Origin: Guillardia theta CCMP2712
Taxonomy: Eukaryota > Protista > Cryptophyta
Length of the DNA stretch: 64,000 nt
Assembly (NCBI RefSeq): GCF_000315625.1
Contig: NW_005434487.1
Coordinates: 23,720-87,719, forward strand
Reading direction: 5' to 3'
Shown piece by piece: positions 25,769 to 39,985 of this stretch. The notes below the pieces were generated by a model. The model was not told the origin of the DNA. It did not search any database and worked only from the letters and a program-made list of their open reading frames with translations. Within the stretch, counting starts at the first letter, position 1, and each line of letters starts with the position of its first letter. The translations under genes were made by a program, and so were the position numbers.

Positions 25769-28700
25769 TCACCTCTCCGTAAACTTGGACACCTCTCCTC
25801 GCCTCTCAGCGAGTTCACTTCGCATCTCCTTCTCGTCCGGTAGCTTCTGAGACGACTGCTGCTCGGCCTGCTGGCTCGCTGCCTTCCTCGCTGCGCGCCA
25901 GAACGAGCCGTTGGGGAAGAGGTCGATCTTGTCGTTGTGCAGGTGAGCTGCAGCAGCTTGGATGGGCAGGCTGAAGCCCATGTCATCCTCGTTCAGGAGC
26001 TTGCGGAACAGGTAGAGGTAGTTCCACACGTACTTGCCTCCCTCCCTCTTCTCCCACTCTCCGGGAAAGTCGTGGAACTTGAACTCCTCGGTCCCCGAGA
26101 TGAAGCAGCGGGACTTGAGGTAGCTCGCCGTCGAGTTCCTCGCCTTCCTGATCTTGCGGAAGGCGTCGATGATCTGGCCGGTGACGACGGGCTGGAGGAG
26201 GAAGGACCAGAAGATGATGGAGGAGGTGATGAAGAGAGTCCGGGCCGCGTCCCACAAGTTGCTGTAGAGGATGAGGGCAGGGAAGGACCAGGCGCTGCCT
26301 GACCCGATGACTGTTCTCAGATCTCCTCCGAAGGAGTCGATGACGAACTTTGACACGCACTGGAAGGGCGAGTGACAGCTCTCCCGCGCCTGAACCGCGA
26401 TATTGGACAGGTAGGTGTATCCCAGGAAGCCGTAGACGGCAAGGAAGATCAGCCCCACGGCGAAGGAGCGGAGCAGCGCCGGCCCTCCCACCACGATGGA
26501 CCTTGTGACCATCTTGCCTCCTGGCTGCTGGAAGTAGTCGAGCATGCAGAAGACCTGGAACAAGGGGGAGGAGATGACGCCGAGGAGCGACATGGTCGTC
26601 AGCAACGTCACGTACCACAGCTTGTAGCTGTGCTTCAGCATGCGCAGAGGTAGCCATGCTCCTGTCGACTCCTTCTTGACCCGCGGAAGGGCAGGCATGC
26701 TCATGAGGTACTTGCGGCCGTTGAAACGGCTGACCTGACTGGACGTTGACTCTTCCTGGTGCTCTTTCTTCTTCTTCCTCTGCTTCCTCTTCTCCTCCTC
26801 CAAGAACGACATCCACTCGACGGGGAACTCCAGCACGAGGTAGGACAGAGCTTGCACGAGAGTGAGAGCGAGGTGCAGGCAGCACAGCATCAACGTCACT
26901 TGCTTGCCCTCGGGCCACAGCTGCCACTCCTCCAAGCTGGTCCAGCGGCTGCTCAGGTGGAGGCGATACTTGAGGGAGAGGTCGGACTGCTTGATGACGT
27001 AGCTCATGGTTGTCGCCTGCCCCGGGTTGGAGGTCAGCTGGGCGTAGGGGTAGGGGGCGTCGCTGTAGCCAGCTGGAGGTTTGCTGGAGTAGAATCTGCC
27101 GCCTGCGAGGACAGCGTGCGAGTTGGGGTCAATGGGGATGCCGTAGATGACGAGGAGTAGGCAGCTGATAAGGATGGAGAGGAAGAGAGTTGACTTGTTG
27201 ACCCAGCGCTGGAGGTAGAGGAACTGATCCATGTTGTGCTTGCTGCCGAAGACCTCAAACCAGAGGATCTTGTTGTTCAAGGAGCGGAGGCCTGTCATGA
27301 GCAGAGAGAACTTGGTGTAGCGCTCGTTGGTGGGGATGGAGCCGATCATTTCGAGCATGTTGTCCTGGAGGTGCGAGTTGTGCGACATCTTCCTCAGCCG
27401 CGGGTCAAGGATGAACAAGATCCTCTCAAGGCGCACTTGACCGCTGCTGCCCTCCTTCCTCTCCAGCTCCACCTCAGACGTGTGCTTGCGGAGGTGCTTG
27501 AAGGTCTGCGGCGCCTCCTGCTCGAATCGGTTGAGGAGTTTGACGCTCTCCTGCGAGACGTCGAGGTCTTTGAAGTAGGTGAGGAAGTGGAACTGGCGGA
27601 ACAACTCCATGCGGAGGAGGAGGGAGAAGGAGGGGGAGAGCGTGAGCCCAGTCGTCTTCATCTTTCGCTTCTTGAGCTTGGAGAAGAAAGAGGAGGAAGT
27701 CTTGCTGTCGAACCTCAGCAGTGAACCGATCTCGATCAGGTTGTCGACTATCATTCCCCACTCGAAGCATTTGTACATCACTCGAGCTGCAGTGAGATCC
27801 CAGGACGTTTCGAGGATCGCGTTCAAGCTCTCGATGACTGCGATGCGAAGACACGAGTGAAGGTCTTGAAGGTTCACCCTCGTCTCCTCCTCCTCCTTCT
27901 CTGCCTTCTTCTTCTTGTACTTCACGGGCGGTTGGTAGTGATCGTACAGACACGCGTCGTAGGAAACCCCATCGTCAGTGATCAGCTTCAGCAGGAAGAT
28001 TCTGTTGCAAGTGATGAAGAAGTTGCTTCTGCACAAGAGTTTCAAGTTGACCGCGTTGGGTCCCTTCACCATCTCGGAGATCGTCTCCACCAGCTGGAGG
28101 CTCAGACTGTGCAGGTCCACTTCGAGATTCTCCAGCTTGACCTCGAGGAACGGCTGAGCTGCTTCCAGCAGGTCAACGCAGTCCTGCAGCAGGTCGACAG
28201 ACTGCTCGGCATGCGCTTGCTCGCACATGATGAGCTGCATCTGCACCATCGGGCCCACACAGAGCATGTGCAGCAGGCGAGCAAAGAGCGTTGCCTGCCG
28301 GCAGGTCCTGCTGAAGACTTTGACCTTGGACTGCTTCATGGCGCTGTCAAGCAGGGACTTGTAGCCCTCCACCAGCGAGATCGTCGACCTGAGCTGCACG
28401 TGCAGGCAGCCCAAGAGCTTGTTCTCGCGGTCCTGCAGCAGGAAGTGATGTACGCTCTCCTGGCACCTTCTGTTGTTGTGGAGGAGGAGGAGGAGAATCT
28501 TTACAGCTGATGTCTGCACGTCGAGCCCTCCCTTGGGGATGAGCAGCAGGCAGGAGGTGATAAGGCCGCAGGCGTCGAGCTTGTTCTGAATCCAAGAGAT
28601 GACAAGAGGATGCGAGGGGTAGCACCTGCCGGGAGGTCAGAGCAGCGATCGGACGGCAAGGGAATGAAACAACTTACTTGGACAAGAGCTCGTCCTTGTC

Positions 28701-31700
28701 GAAGATCTTGCATCGTTCTCGTAGGAAGGGGAGAGGGGGAGCCTCTTCGCTCTTCTCATTCACCAGGTACATGCTCATTCTGAGAGTGTCTAACATCTCT
28801 CGGAGTTTTTCTTCTTCCTCCTCTGTCTCCCCATCCCTCTCCTTCTTCTCTGCTCTTCGGCAGACGGAGATCAGGTAGTGCTCTAGAGGAAGTGAGGCGG
28901 ACGAGGTGCTGGAGTCAAACTTGTGGTAGGCGATGAGGGCGGAGAGGTTGAGGCTCTCGAGCTCCCTGTCCACCAGCTTGACAAACGTCATGCTGAAAGC
29001 TCTCCAGCTGGCGCGGAGGCTGAGCTGGGCGACGTTGTAATGATCTGAACAGGTTCTGCTCTCGTCTGCTTGGCAAGTCTCGACCGTCTCGACGGCCTGC
29101 GGCTCATCACGTCCAGCAGCTTCGAGGAAGAGTTTGACGCGCTTCTCGCACGCGTCAACGAGCTGTCGCCTCCTCTCAACGACTCGCTGCGAGCTGTGGA
29201 TGTCAATCCTGCCGTACCATCCCGCCCTCTTTATCTCCCTGATGGCTTGCAGCACAGCCTCCGCCCTCACCACCAGCCCCTCCACCAAGTCGGCGACCGA
29301 CACGACTGAGTAATGAGAGAAACACAAGGAGAGTAGAGGGACTAGCGTTTCGAACAGACAGTCAACCTGGTCCACAATCTCACCTTCTCCCATCATCCTC
29401 CAAGACTGAGTCAAGAACTTTGCTTGCAGCCTCTTCACTATCTTCATGATCGCATCGACAACTTCCAAGCTTTCTGTATCTTTGCAGGTCCAACTCTCCG
29501 TCATTGATGTCTCAGCATGGGAGATTGTGTCTCGAGTCTGAATTTCCTTCTTCATGTAAATTGCCTTCATCAACCGCGCAAGCAGCATATTCCTTGCATT
29601 CATCTCCTCCCTCCCCTTCCTCTCCTCCTTCTCCTCCTTCTTCCCGTTTGTACCTCCATTCATACCCCCGTTGGTACCCCCGTTCACCTCTACCTCCTCT
29701 ACCTCCTCTCTCCCCTTCTTGCCGTTCATACCACCATTATTCTTCAACTCCGTCATTTCCTCTTCCCCCTCGCTAACCCATTCCTCGCTCCTGTTCAGCT
29801 CCTCCTCTCTTCCCTCCTTCAGCCCGCGCATGATAAAACTCCACGGCAGGAGTTTCTTCATATCGAACATCCATTGCATCTGAACACAATCGCTGATGGT
29901 CGCAAACAGATCGCAGAGAGCTGTTGCTGCCTCCTCCTCCTCCTCCTCCTTTCCTTCTTTCTCCTTCTTCCCGTTCCTGCTGCCCCATACCGTCCTGGCT
30001 GTGAAGGAGGAGAGGATCACTCTGACAAGCTCGAACTTTCTCTGCAGGAGGTTGGCGATACGGAAAACGTTCTCGAGGAAGGGCTCGTCATTCAGTTTGC
30101 AAATCCTCTTGAGCAGCAGGCAGCAATGCGCCACGTTCTCATGGATAAACATCTGGTCCACTCGCTCCACCCACTCCCTGCTGCTCCTCTCCATGATCCC
30201 AAAGTTCCCCTCCGCCACCCGCGGAAGTAGCTGGGCGGCTGCTGGGCATCGCACGCCGAAGAAGCTCCAGAAGATGCTGATGTGGCAGAGGAGGAAACTC
30301 TGAAGCTGCTGGTTGGAGCGGCACATCATGCCCAGCAGGTCCATGACGGTGCTGATCAGGTCGGCCTCCTCCCTCCTCCCTCCTCGGAACGACGGCCACA
30401 GCAGCTTGAGCAGCATGACAAAGCTCCTCTCCACCCGTAGCTCACAGAGAATCCTCTGAGCCTCCTGGTACATGTTGGAATCCAGCTGGTGAGCGTCGCT
30501 GAGGGAGGTCAGGAGCTGGACGAGCTGGCGGGTGAGGGACGCGAGCTCGAGCATGGCGTCTTGCACCTCCTTCAGCTCCCAGTCCATCATGGCAGTCTCA
30601 AGGAAGAAAGTGAGTCGGCTGATGCTCCTGGCGATCTTGTGGAGCTCGAAGAAGGAGGACTTGAGATCGTCTCTAGCCACGAGGTTGAGGCGCTTGAGGG
30701 CGAGCATGAGGCTCGAGGGCTGGTGGTTGACTGCCAGGATGAGCGAGAGAGTCTTGTCGACAACCTCTAGGTTGGCGCAGGTGAGGAGAGAGAAGACGGT
30801 GGAGAGGAAAGGGCTCTCCTCGTGAGACGAGATCCAGTCGATCTTGGTCCATGAGAGCTCATGCAACAGCAGCGAGTTGGTCTTCATCTCTGACAGAAAG
30901 CCAGCCGTCTCCTCCTCCTCCTCCCATGGGTTCAACTGGGACCAGAGCTGGTGATCCGACAGGTAGTCCTCTATCGTCAAGCGATTATCTCCCTCTTCCT
31001 CCTCTCGCTTTGTTGACGTCATCTCCTCCTCTTCTTCTGTCTTGCTCTCAACCACTTCATGTATTTCTGCTGCATCCATCTTCCCCAGTTTCTCCCTCCT
31101 CTCAGCTGACGCCCTACTCTTCTCCACGAGCTCCTCCAACGTCGAGCACTGGAAGCGATCAAAAAGCGACTTGTGCCAGAAGTTGACCATGGCCTCAGTC
31201 TTGAACCTGAGGTCAATTCGGAGAGCATCTTGAAAGAAATCCACGATCTTGAGGATCAATTCGAACAATCTCGCTTGTGTCTTCATCTCCCTTTTCGTTT
31301 CAACCTTGCTCTCCTTGGCCTTCTCCTTCTCCTTCTCCTTCTCCTTCTCCTTCTCCCTTTTTGCCTTCTTTTCCTTGTCCTTAATTTTTGAATTGTCTGA
31401 CGTTCTTCCGGCGATATCGGACTTCTTGTCTTGGCTTGCTGCTCTGACCCCGTGCAGTTTCTCGTCACTGAGGAAGCGGAGGAGGTGAAATACAGCAGCA
31501 CAGAGCGCGGAGAGCTCGGGGAAGGAGGGGCTGCCCCGCCAGCTCTCCTGCTCTCGATCGCTGAACTCTCCCAGGTGGAGGAGGCGGCTGGCGGCATCCA
31601 TGATGGAGGAGAGGAACATCAAGTCTGCGTCTCCTTCGATGCTCTCCCTCGAGCTCGACGCCGCCTCCAGCTCCCGCAAACAGCATTTTCTCAGCTCGTA

Positions 31701-34193
31701 TAAGGGTCCACTGGCCCTTGCTGGCCTTCTGCTGGCCTCACATGGCGGGGGCCAAGTCTGGGTCATCCTCTGCGAGCGATCGAAGAGCTGCGGGTCAGGG
31801 TCGACGTGCAGGGCGAGCAGGAGGGAGCACGCGTGCGACCGCAGCGACTTTGGCAGCCTCTGGTTGTTCAGCAGCTCAACGAGCTGAGAGAAGGAGAAGC
31901 CCAGCTGATGGGGAAGAGCTCGGAGTTTGCGGATGGAGATAGAGTTGGAGCCGAAGCACACGTTGTCGAGAAGCTTCATCATCGCAAGCTGAAAGAGCAT
32001 CAGCCTGACGCCTGGCACCTCCCGCGCCTGCTTGCTGACTGAAGAAAGATCGACGATGTTATGCTGGCTGCACGTGAGGAGCACTGATACTGAGAGGTTG
32101 CCGACCCGGTCGAAGAGGATGAGGTCGGAGTCAGTGACGAACATATCGCAGAAAATTTTCTCATCCTGCAGCAGCAGATTCATCACGTTGTTCTGGTTCT
32201 GCACCACGGGAAGGTCGTCAGACTTGCACAAGCTTGAGAGGAACGTCAGGATCGAGTCGTCGCGCTTGAGGATGAGGTCGGGCAGGAGCTTATAGATCAT
32301 CTCCTGACCCAGCAGCTTGAGCGATTTGTTGGATCGGTTGCACACGTTGAGGAATAGGAGCAGCGATCCGACTCTCCCTGGAAAGTGATCCAGCATCATC
32401 GGCGCAAACTCCGCTACCCTCTCCTGGTTCGTGGCGTTCTTGTGGCACAACACGCCCAGCTGAAGGTACAAGTTCCGAGCGGCTGCGTGTAACGCAGGCG
32501 AGTTTGTGCGGAGTTGCTCCAAGGGAAAGTTCAAGTTCGACAGAATGGCATCAAGCAGCTGGCATATCAGCTGGAGGAGACCGAGATCGTCACAGATCCT
32601 CTGCTTCTGCAAGAGGTCGTTGCTGACGTGGTTTGACAGGTGGGCGTGTTGACCGAGATGAAGATCGAGAGCCTCCATGAGTCGCCGCAGATGCCGCAAG
32701 AAGGTCGGCGAGTCCCTGGCGCCACGGAAGACGCTCTCGTCCATGCCCCGCAGTCGCTGCAGATGCTTCACCGTGACCTCCAACTTGCGCTGGTAGGACA
32801 CCAAGGTATCCGCTACAAGGCACTGGTGATGCGGCACCACCTCAATGATGGCGAGGTCGTTGATGTCTGGAGCCTCGTGTCGTCGTAACAAGGCTTGATG
32901 GAGAGCAAACGTTGTCTTCCTTCTGAACACATCCAGTCGCTTCAAGGACAACCAGCTCACCTCTAGGTTGTCTTCCCTCTTGAGGAGAAGCCAGCTCAAG
33001 CCTCCATCTGCTACTCTACTTCCGCTCCTCCTCCTCCTCTGCTCCACTGCTCCCCTCAGCCTCCAGATAATCTCGAAGTCCTTGAGCTTCTTGGTCAGGA
33101 CGAGCTTGTCCCCATTCGCCCCTAGCAGCATATCGCTCTGAACATGGTGGAGCAGAAACCCCGTCGGCTCCTCCACGTCTTCAGCACATCCCATCAGGTT
33201 ATACGGGACGATGCGCCAGATCGCAGAGATGCAGACTTCACCGGAGGCGGAGGGAGCTCCTTCCTGCTGCTTCCTCCACCTCGCGCTCTTAGCTGACTCG
33301 TCGCCGATCAACAGCATCTTGTCTCTTCTCCGGTAAAAGTACACGCAGTCCAGCCCCCTCACATTCTTCACGTTCACCTCGAACATCAGCTCCTTCTCTG
33401 CGTCATGAGAAGCGCTTACGTTCATTCCTCTCACCACCTTGACCTGAAACACTGACAGAGTATTGGCACCGAACAGTTCGGGCCCTTCGGGGGCAGTGAA
33501 ACCGTCCTGATCCGAGCTCTCAACGGCGTCAAGAGAGACATTGAGGAACATGGAGTTGTACTCCACGTTCTCCAAGATGATCATGTCCTGATTGCATACC
33601 AGCTCCCCCTCTACTTTGGTCCCCATGGCGGGAAGAATCCTCCAACTCGATAGAACATTTCTGCGAGCGAGCTCTACCTTCATCGCGATGTGCTCCTTGC
33701 TTGCGAGGTCCGTCTTGAGCGAGAGGTAGAACTTGGTAGAAGCATGTCTGAGTTGGATCAGCGAGCCAAACCGTATCGCAGTTGCTGATCGAGAAACAGG
33801 ACGAGCACTCTGCCGCGTTCCCTGCTGCATTTTGTCCTCAAAGTGGTCAGGCTTGGCTGACTCAGCTACCGCAAGCTCATCGTCGTCATGTTGGACTATC
33901 TCGAATGCGCAAGAGAAGGTAGAGGAGGGATTGTAGTCGGGAAATTGAGCTGGACAACTCAAGACCTCAAGGCTTACAAGATCAGCTTTCACATATTCCC
34001 CTCGATCTGACGCCTCTAGGAAGATCAGATCGCCGGTCACGAGAAACCTTCTGGTTTCCTCCTCCTGCATCTGCAACAAGCAACGAAGGTTCAGAACAAG
34101 GTGCCTGATGCTATCTGGCTGCATCTTGTCAGAGAAATGACTCACAGTCTTGTCGCTAGATCCAGTTCGTCTGACAAGCATGCACTGTTCCAA
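25769..34193 (-). CDS. Inositol-1,4,5-trisphosphate/ryanodine receptor-like Ca2+ release channel, ~2790 aa (exons 34193-28678 and 28625-25769)
   Basis: N-terminal beta-trefoil/MIR motifs (FLVTGDLIFL, IRFGSLIQLRHASTKFYLS, WRILPA..EGELV), RIH-like helical region (LCHKNATNQERVAE, LSSLCKSDDLPVVQNQN), RIH-associated segment (ETISEMVKGPNAVN), TM region and TGQIIDAFRKIR..CFISG..WNYLYLF. A 52-nt GTAAGT..CAG intron (28677-28626) joins the two ORFs in frame through CYPSHPLVISWIQNKLDACGLIT. Confidence 0.9.
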
Positions 34194-35293
34194 TCATCCT
34201 ACTTTCTTCCCTGTGACTCATTCCTCTCAGGACCTGTCCTTGCTTTTATCACCCTTCCCCTCTTTAAATGATATACGTCAAGTCTTGTCCTCTATCAGCA
34301 ACACATGTCATTCCTCATTCTCACTCATTCCCTCCATCTTCTAACAGCGCTTTCCTCTTGCCCCCCGCCCCCCCCTTCCCAAAACAATTATCTCCTTATC
34401 CTCCTTCCCACATTCCCAGGCGCTCTTTGTAAATTATTTTCGTTCACTCTCACTCGAGGTAGATTCTCTGGCTCTATTTCGATTCTCTGACTCTATTTCG
34501 ACCTTCACTTCGCTTCTACTTTCCAATCCTTCTCACTTCCTTGTTCACTTTCTCCTCCCCTCCTCCCATTCTTGACTCAAGTCAAACATCTTTTGTCCTC
34601 CTCCTATCTTCCCCGAGCTTTTCATCTGTCTCTCCTTGCCTTCTCCTTCTCCTCTCGCTCCCGATCCCCTTCCTCTCCACTCGCTCTCTCCCTCCGTAAA
34701 AGCATTTTGCCCGAAAGGAACTCGTTCACCACCCACCCATTTCCTAATTCCCACACCCCCTCCCTCATATCCCATCGAGCACACACCCCTTCTTTTGACT
34801 CACAGATTCTAGTACCCGTGCAGGTCAAGACCACCCACCCCCTTGATTTCTATTCCCCACATTCTGGGGAGCAGGTCTCTATTACCGAATACTTCAAATT
34901 TGAGTAATAATTCACTCAATTTTGACTCACGGTACTTCAGGCCGAAATGTGGAATTCAGAGCTGCGATCACCGACGAACATCAGAGGAAGAGGAGAGGAG
35001 GAAGAGGAGAGGAGGAAGACGAGGAGGGGTAGGGTTATCTGAGTAGCAGCAGGAGGAGGGGCGGGGTTATCTGAGTGTTTGTGTGGTAGCAGGAGGAGGA
35101 TCTTAGTAGCAGGAGGAGGAGGGGCAGGGTTATCTGAGTGTTTGTGTGGTAGCAGGAGGAGGATCTTAGTAGCAGGAGGAGGAGGGGCAGGGATATCTTA
35201 GTAGCAGGAGGGCAAGGGAACAGAAGGGAGTTAAAGAGACAGAAAGCTCGCCTTGCGCAAGGCCACGTTCGTGTTTGATTTCTTATTGCTTAC

Positions 35294-36495
35294 ATGCCTT
35301 GCAGCCGCTTTGATGTTTTGAGACGTTGGAGCCCCATGAGCCTGCTGTCGATCGTGGATGGTCTAGAGAGAGCTTCCTCCAGCCTGTCAGCGTTGCGAGA
35401 TCATTGCAAGGATGGCAAGACCTCCTCGACGTCATTTTCTTGCTTTGCAGATGCTCTAGAAGTTTTGCTTCAATGTGTTGAGCTGGGTCTGAGCAAGACT
35501 GTGACAGACTCATGTGAACGAACACACACCAATCAAGTCATTGTCTCCTTGGAGAAGAGAATCTCTTGTTTGCAACAGGATTACAACCACCGCAAACAAA
35601 TGGTTTGTGTCTTGTTGGAGGACGCAAAACAGGCAAAGACAGACCTTTCTGAGCTCGTAGCAACCTTCAATGTCAAACGGCTCGAAGATCCTATTCAAAG
35701 AGCTTCCAACCTCGATGAATCTTTTGTATCTTCCCATCCAACGCAACGCAAAATAAACAGAGTTAGGTCGAGAGAAAGCATGACGGAAGAGGATGATAGC
35801 GACTGTAGCGATTACACCATCTCAAGTCATCTTGACGAACTGGCAGACTTGCTTGACCCGCAACTTGTTAAGAGGTGAACACAGTCCAGAGTAGGAGCAG
35901 ATGATTGTACTGATGGACTTGGCAGGATATCGTCTCCCTGGAGAACCCCTGATAGTCGAGAAGCTAAGGTTAATGTAGGCGATCCGTGAGTTGAACGCTG
36001 ATGAGAGACAGGCACGCCCCCCAGAAGTTCCTCAGCTCGTCATCCAAGAGCAGGGAGAGAGGATCCACCCCAAGCCCTTCATTCCCCTCCTCGGGTTTGC
36101 TTCATCCTCATGCTTAATCTTGGTCGCTCAACGCCCTCAGGCCTCTTCTCAACTTCGGACAGTGGGGCATCGTGATGCGATCAGACAAGGTCTTGCATCA
36201 CGCTTCACCACCATCTTCTCACCCTCATGCGCAGAGAAGGCATGCAGATCTGTCGAAAGACGGTCCAGCAAGAGGCGGCGGAGCATCAGGCAGTGCAGCA
36301 GGTGCGGGGGTCAAAGCTAGTGTGCTGGTTGTAAGACAGTCGCAAGGGGATCAGAGTCGGACGAAGCAGAGGGAGCGACTGAAGCCTCGAACAGCGGAAG
36401 AGGTCGCTGTGACTGACATGCTGCTGCTCGCTCACGAGGAGACGCAGGCGTGGAACTTGCACGTAGCGATGCGGAAGAGCTTGGAAGTGTCGTGA
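35294..36495 (+). CDS. Hypothetical protein (194-aa first ORF plus probable downstream exons)
   Basis: ORF 35294-35878 with a coiled-coil-like segment and GT/AG-bounded downstream segments; no family recognised. Confidence 0.35.
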
Positions 36496-36579
36496 TTCTC
36501 AGCCGCAATATTTAACTTATTCTTTTAGTCTCCCTGACAACCCTGTATCCTTTCTTCTTTGCATAGCAACATCCGAGAT

Positions 36580-36700
36580 AAAGCCATATACACATCTGTA
36601 TGAAAACACCGAATATTCACAAGCCATACACATCTGTATGAATACACCGAATATTCATAAGCCATATACACATCTGTATGAAAACACCGAATATTTACAT
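36580..36700. repeat. ~39-bp tandem repeat, 3 copies
   Basis: AAGCCATA(TA)CACATCTGTATGAA(A/T)ACACCGAATATT repeated three times. Confidence 0.85.
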
Positions 36701-39700
36701 CTTGAGTCCTCGCTGTCACTCAGCGTGCTCGACGTGCGGCGGGTGGGCACCGACTTCGACTTGATTCGCGCGCTTCTGCTGGATCCTCTTGATCTTCTCG
36801 ACGACGCGCTCAGAGTAGCCAACCTCCTGCATGTCGGTCAGCAGGCAGCAGGGCACAAGAAAGCCTAACCATGACATAACGCTTGACCTCCTCCGACGTC
36901 ATCGCAAACGTTGAATCCCGCGGGGTGTCGATGTCCTTGAGCGTCGGATACGTCGGGATCTGAATCTTGTTCCTCTTGCTCTGGACGTCGAACTTGGGGC
37001 CTGTGATGAAGTTGATCTGTTTTGACGTCAGACAGCAGCAGCAGGAGGACGACGACGAGGAGGAGGAGGAGGAGGAAGAGGAGGAGGACGAGGACGAGGA
37101 GGAGGAGGAAGAGGAGGAGTAGGAGTAGGAGTAGGAGTAGGAGTAGGAGTAGGAGTAGGAGTAGGAGTAGAAGGAGGAGGAGGAGGATGAGCAGGAGGAT
37201 CTGCGCCACCTCCTTGTCCATCTTCGACTCCACCCGCCCGATTGAGCGTCTTGGAGATCGTCGGAGGCCCTCGACGTTGATCTCTGCCGTCTCAGTCACG
37301 CTGATTCCTCCGATCAAGTCAAGTCACGAAAGAACCTTGTGAGCCTCGACGGCCCGTGGGATGGTGGGGGGACCGGAGCATGGCCTTGACTCCGGCCTTC
37401 CAGGCCCCCCGGAGCTTCTGCGAGCTCTTGTCGACCCGCGGGGATGGCGCGATGAGAGACTGCGGGATGAACTTCAACCTCTGAGCGATGGTGAGCAGCC
37501 GCAGCGATTGCATTTCAACCTGTACAGCTGTGAGAAAGGAGGGAAGGGGAGGAAGGAGGAGGAAGGAGGAGGAAGGAGAAGGGAGGAGAAGGGAGGAGGA
37601 AGAGGAGGAGGATGGGAGAAGAGGGAAGAGGAGGAGGATGGGAGAAGAGGGAAGAGGAGGAGGGGAGAGGGGCATCGTAACATTTTGGAGGTCATTGATG
37701 AGGTTGAGCCCTTGCTGAGCCTCGTCGAGGTCGAAGAGTTCTTCATAGATGGTCTTTCTTCTCGGGTCATACTTGGGAGTGTTCTGTAGGTATTTCAAAG
37801 CCCGTCTTCTCACACTCTCCGTCTGCCTACCGTTGAAGTCACTGTATGAATCCTCTCAGAGCCCGATTTCTCTTTCATCCTTGAGATTCTCCACAAGTTT
37901 GACCTCACCAGGTCCCATCTGCATCAGATGAAAGTGTTTGAATGTGACGTGCGCACTAGTCACGCTCACTCACCTCTTTCTTGCCTCTTTGAACCTTTCA
38001 AGAGGAGGACAACGTGACATCCGTGACTTGACCCGTAGAAGTATCATCGACAGTTTGCGGATGGTCTCTGCTTGTCCTTGGATTTTCTTCTCGTACTCAT
38101 CGGATCTAGTCTCTGTGCTGGAGATTTCTCTGCTTAGCGGATGAGACTTGTGACGTCGCAATTCTCCCTCCTCCTGCATTGTCTGAGCGTCGTGTATCAA
38201 CGTCGCTGTTTCTTCTCGGATGGTATCAGCATCGTTCTTCAAGGCTTCTAGATACTTCCTAGATGGAAGTCAGCTTGATGATCAAGGCAATGATTCAGAG
38301 ACCTGCTCCGAGATATCTGCTCCTCTTTGGCAAGAAACTTGCTGAGCAGTTCTTGGATATCCCAAACGCTCGAGCTGCAGCAGGGCATGTCAGCGGGGTC
38401 GCCTGGATTTCAAACTTCACCTATGCATCAGCTTGTCGAACGCTTCCACGAACTCTTGTTTCCTTTTCTGCATCATTTCCCGCACCTGACGTGAAACGCT
38501 GGATGATCAAAAAAGTTCGTCTCCTCCATCTCTTGCAAACCTCTTCGGCATCGTCGTTCATGTTGCTAGCCCGAGCCTGTGCCTCCAACAATTCTCTTTG
38601 ATATGTTTCTTGCCTCTCCTGATCGCATGTTGGTTCACAATTCAGCACAGCAACATTCAAACTTAAGACCGTGATCAGCTGATTGTAATACTCCATCCTG
38701 TTTGCAAGGTCCTGCATCTTTGCCCGATGTTCTTCAGCTTCGAGACCAGCTTCTGCGATCCTTTCGCTGGCTAAGAGCTGATAGTGACTTCTTTCTTTGT
38801 AAAACTTGTTTGCGATATTGATGAGTTTGACTGCTTCCTTGTTTCTGCCCTCAATCGTCTTTTGCCTATAATCGTTTAGATCCGTGAGACAATCATCGCA
38901 AGCAGGAATACCTTGAAGTAATTTTCAAGTCAAGATATTCTTTCTCGCGCTTTAGCTCCTCCATGTCCAGTTTAAGTTTCGAAACCTCGGAATTTTCCTC
39001 GTCTTGCAAACGTCAGTCGCCTCCAACACATTCTGATAAATGGTACAGCATACCACATTTCGTTAAAGTAAAGTGCAGATTCTCCTCTAATCGGTTGGAA
39101 ATCTTGACGAAACGAAGTCCTGACGTCGCTTCTTTTGACTTGAGAACAGAACATGTCAGAGACATTGAGAAGGAGCTGCACGCTTCACCTGTCCTTGCCT
39201 TGCCGCGACCTGATGCGTCAGAGAGCGAAACTGCTTCTTGATCGCGTTGAGAGTTTGCAGGTCCTTCTCGATCTCTTCTTCGACCGCAAACTTGAGGTTC
39301 ATCCAGTACTCGCGCGCGTCTGCCTCAGACTTGGTGTTGGTCTTGTCATCCTGCCACACATGAGACAAGAAGCGACCTGGCTACCAAGCACCTGATTCTT
39401 CAAGAGCTCCTGCTGTTGTGCCCTCAGCAAGGAGTTCTCGGATCGAAGCTTTGCTATCAGCTCTCGCTGTCGCTGGATCTCTCTCTGAGATTGCTGGAGC
39501 AGCTTCTTGTTTTCGCGGTTCTACAAACATCGTCAGCTTGTCGACATACGTGTCACTTTCTACTCTGATCGCTGAAATCCTCAGGTCCCGCTTGCCGTCG
39601 TTCTGCACCCAATTCCATGGCACCGCAATTTCAACCCCCGACCGAGCATCTTGAAACCTAGTCAGAAGACAGGAACGACAGCGAGACAAGCACCGTTCTT

Positions 39701-39985
39701 GTCCTCATCTGCATCCGACTGCGGCTTGACGCTTCGCTTCACTGCATGGATCGGCTGCAGTCTGGTGCTCACAGGGTCTTGAAAGAGCATAAGTCTGCAT
39801 GACTTCACATGGCATGTACCACCTGGAGTCTGCGAACCGATGGGAGACAGCTTACTTACTCTTCTCCGCATGGCTGGCAGAGCGCTCTCTAGGGAAAACC
39901 GGCTCTGAGCCTGAGCAGAGGTCTTGCCCTCCATCCGAACGCTTCGTCTTCAGCGGTTCTATCCTGCTAGGACTCATCGCCATAA
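36700..39985 (-). CDS. Hypothetical multi-exon coiled-coil protein (boundaries approximate)
   Basis: Successive minus-strand ORF pieces (VEIAVPWNWVQNDGKRDLRIS, EYWMNLKFAVEEEIEKDLQ, MQDLANRMEYYNQLI, RRALKYLQNTPKYDPRRKTIYEELFDL) separated by short introns. Confidence 0.45.

Noticed and set aside
25937-33936. Plus-strand and alternate-frame ORFs overlapping the channel gene
   Set aside because: Shadow ORFs of a GC3-rich coding sequence.
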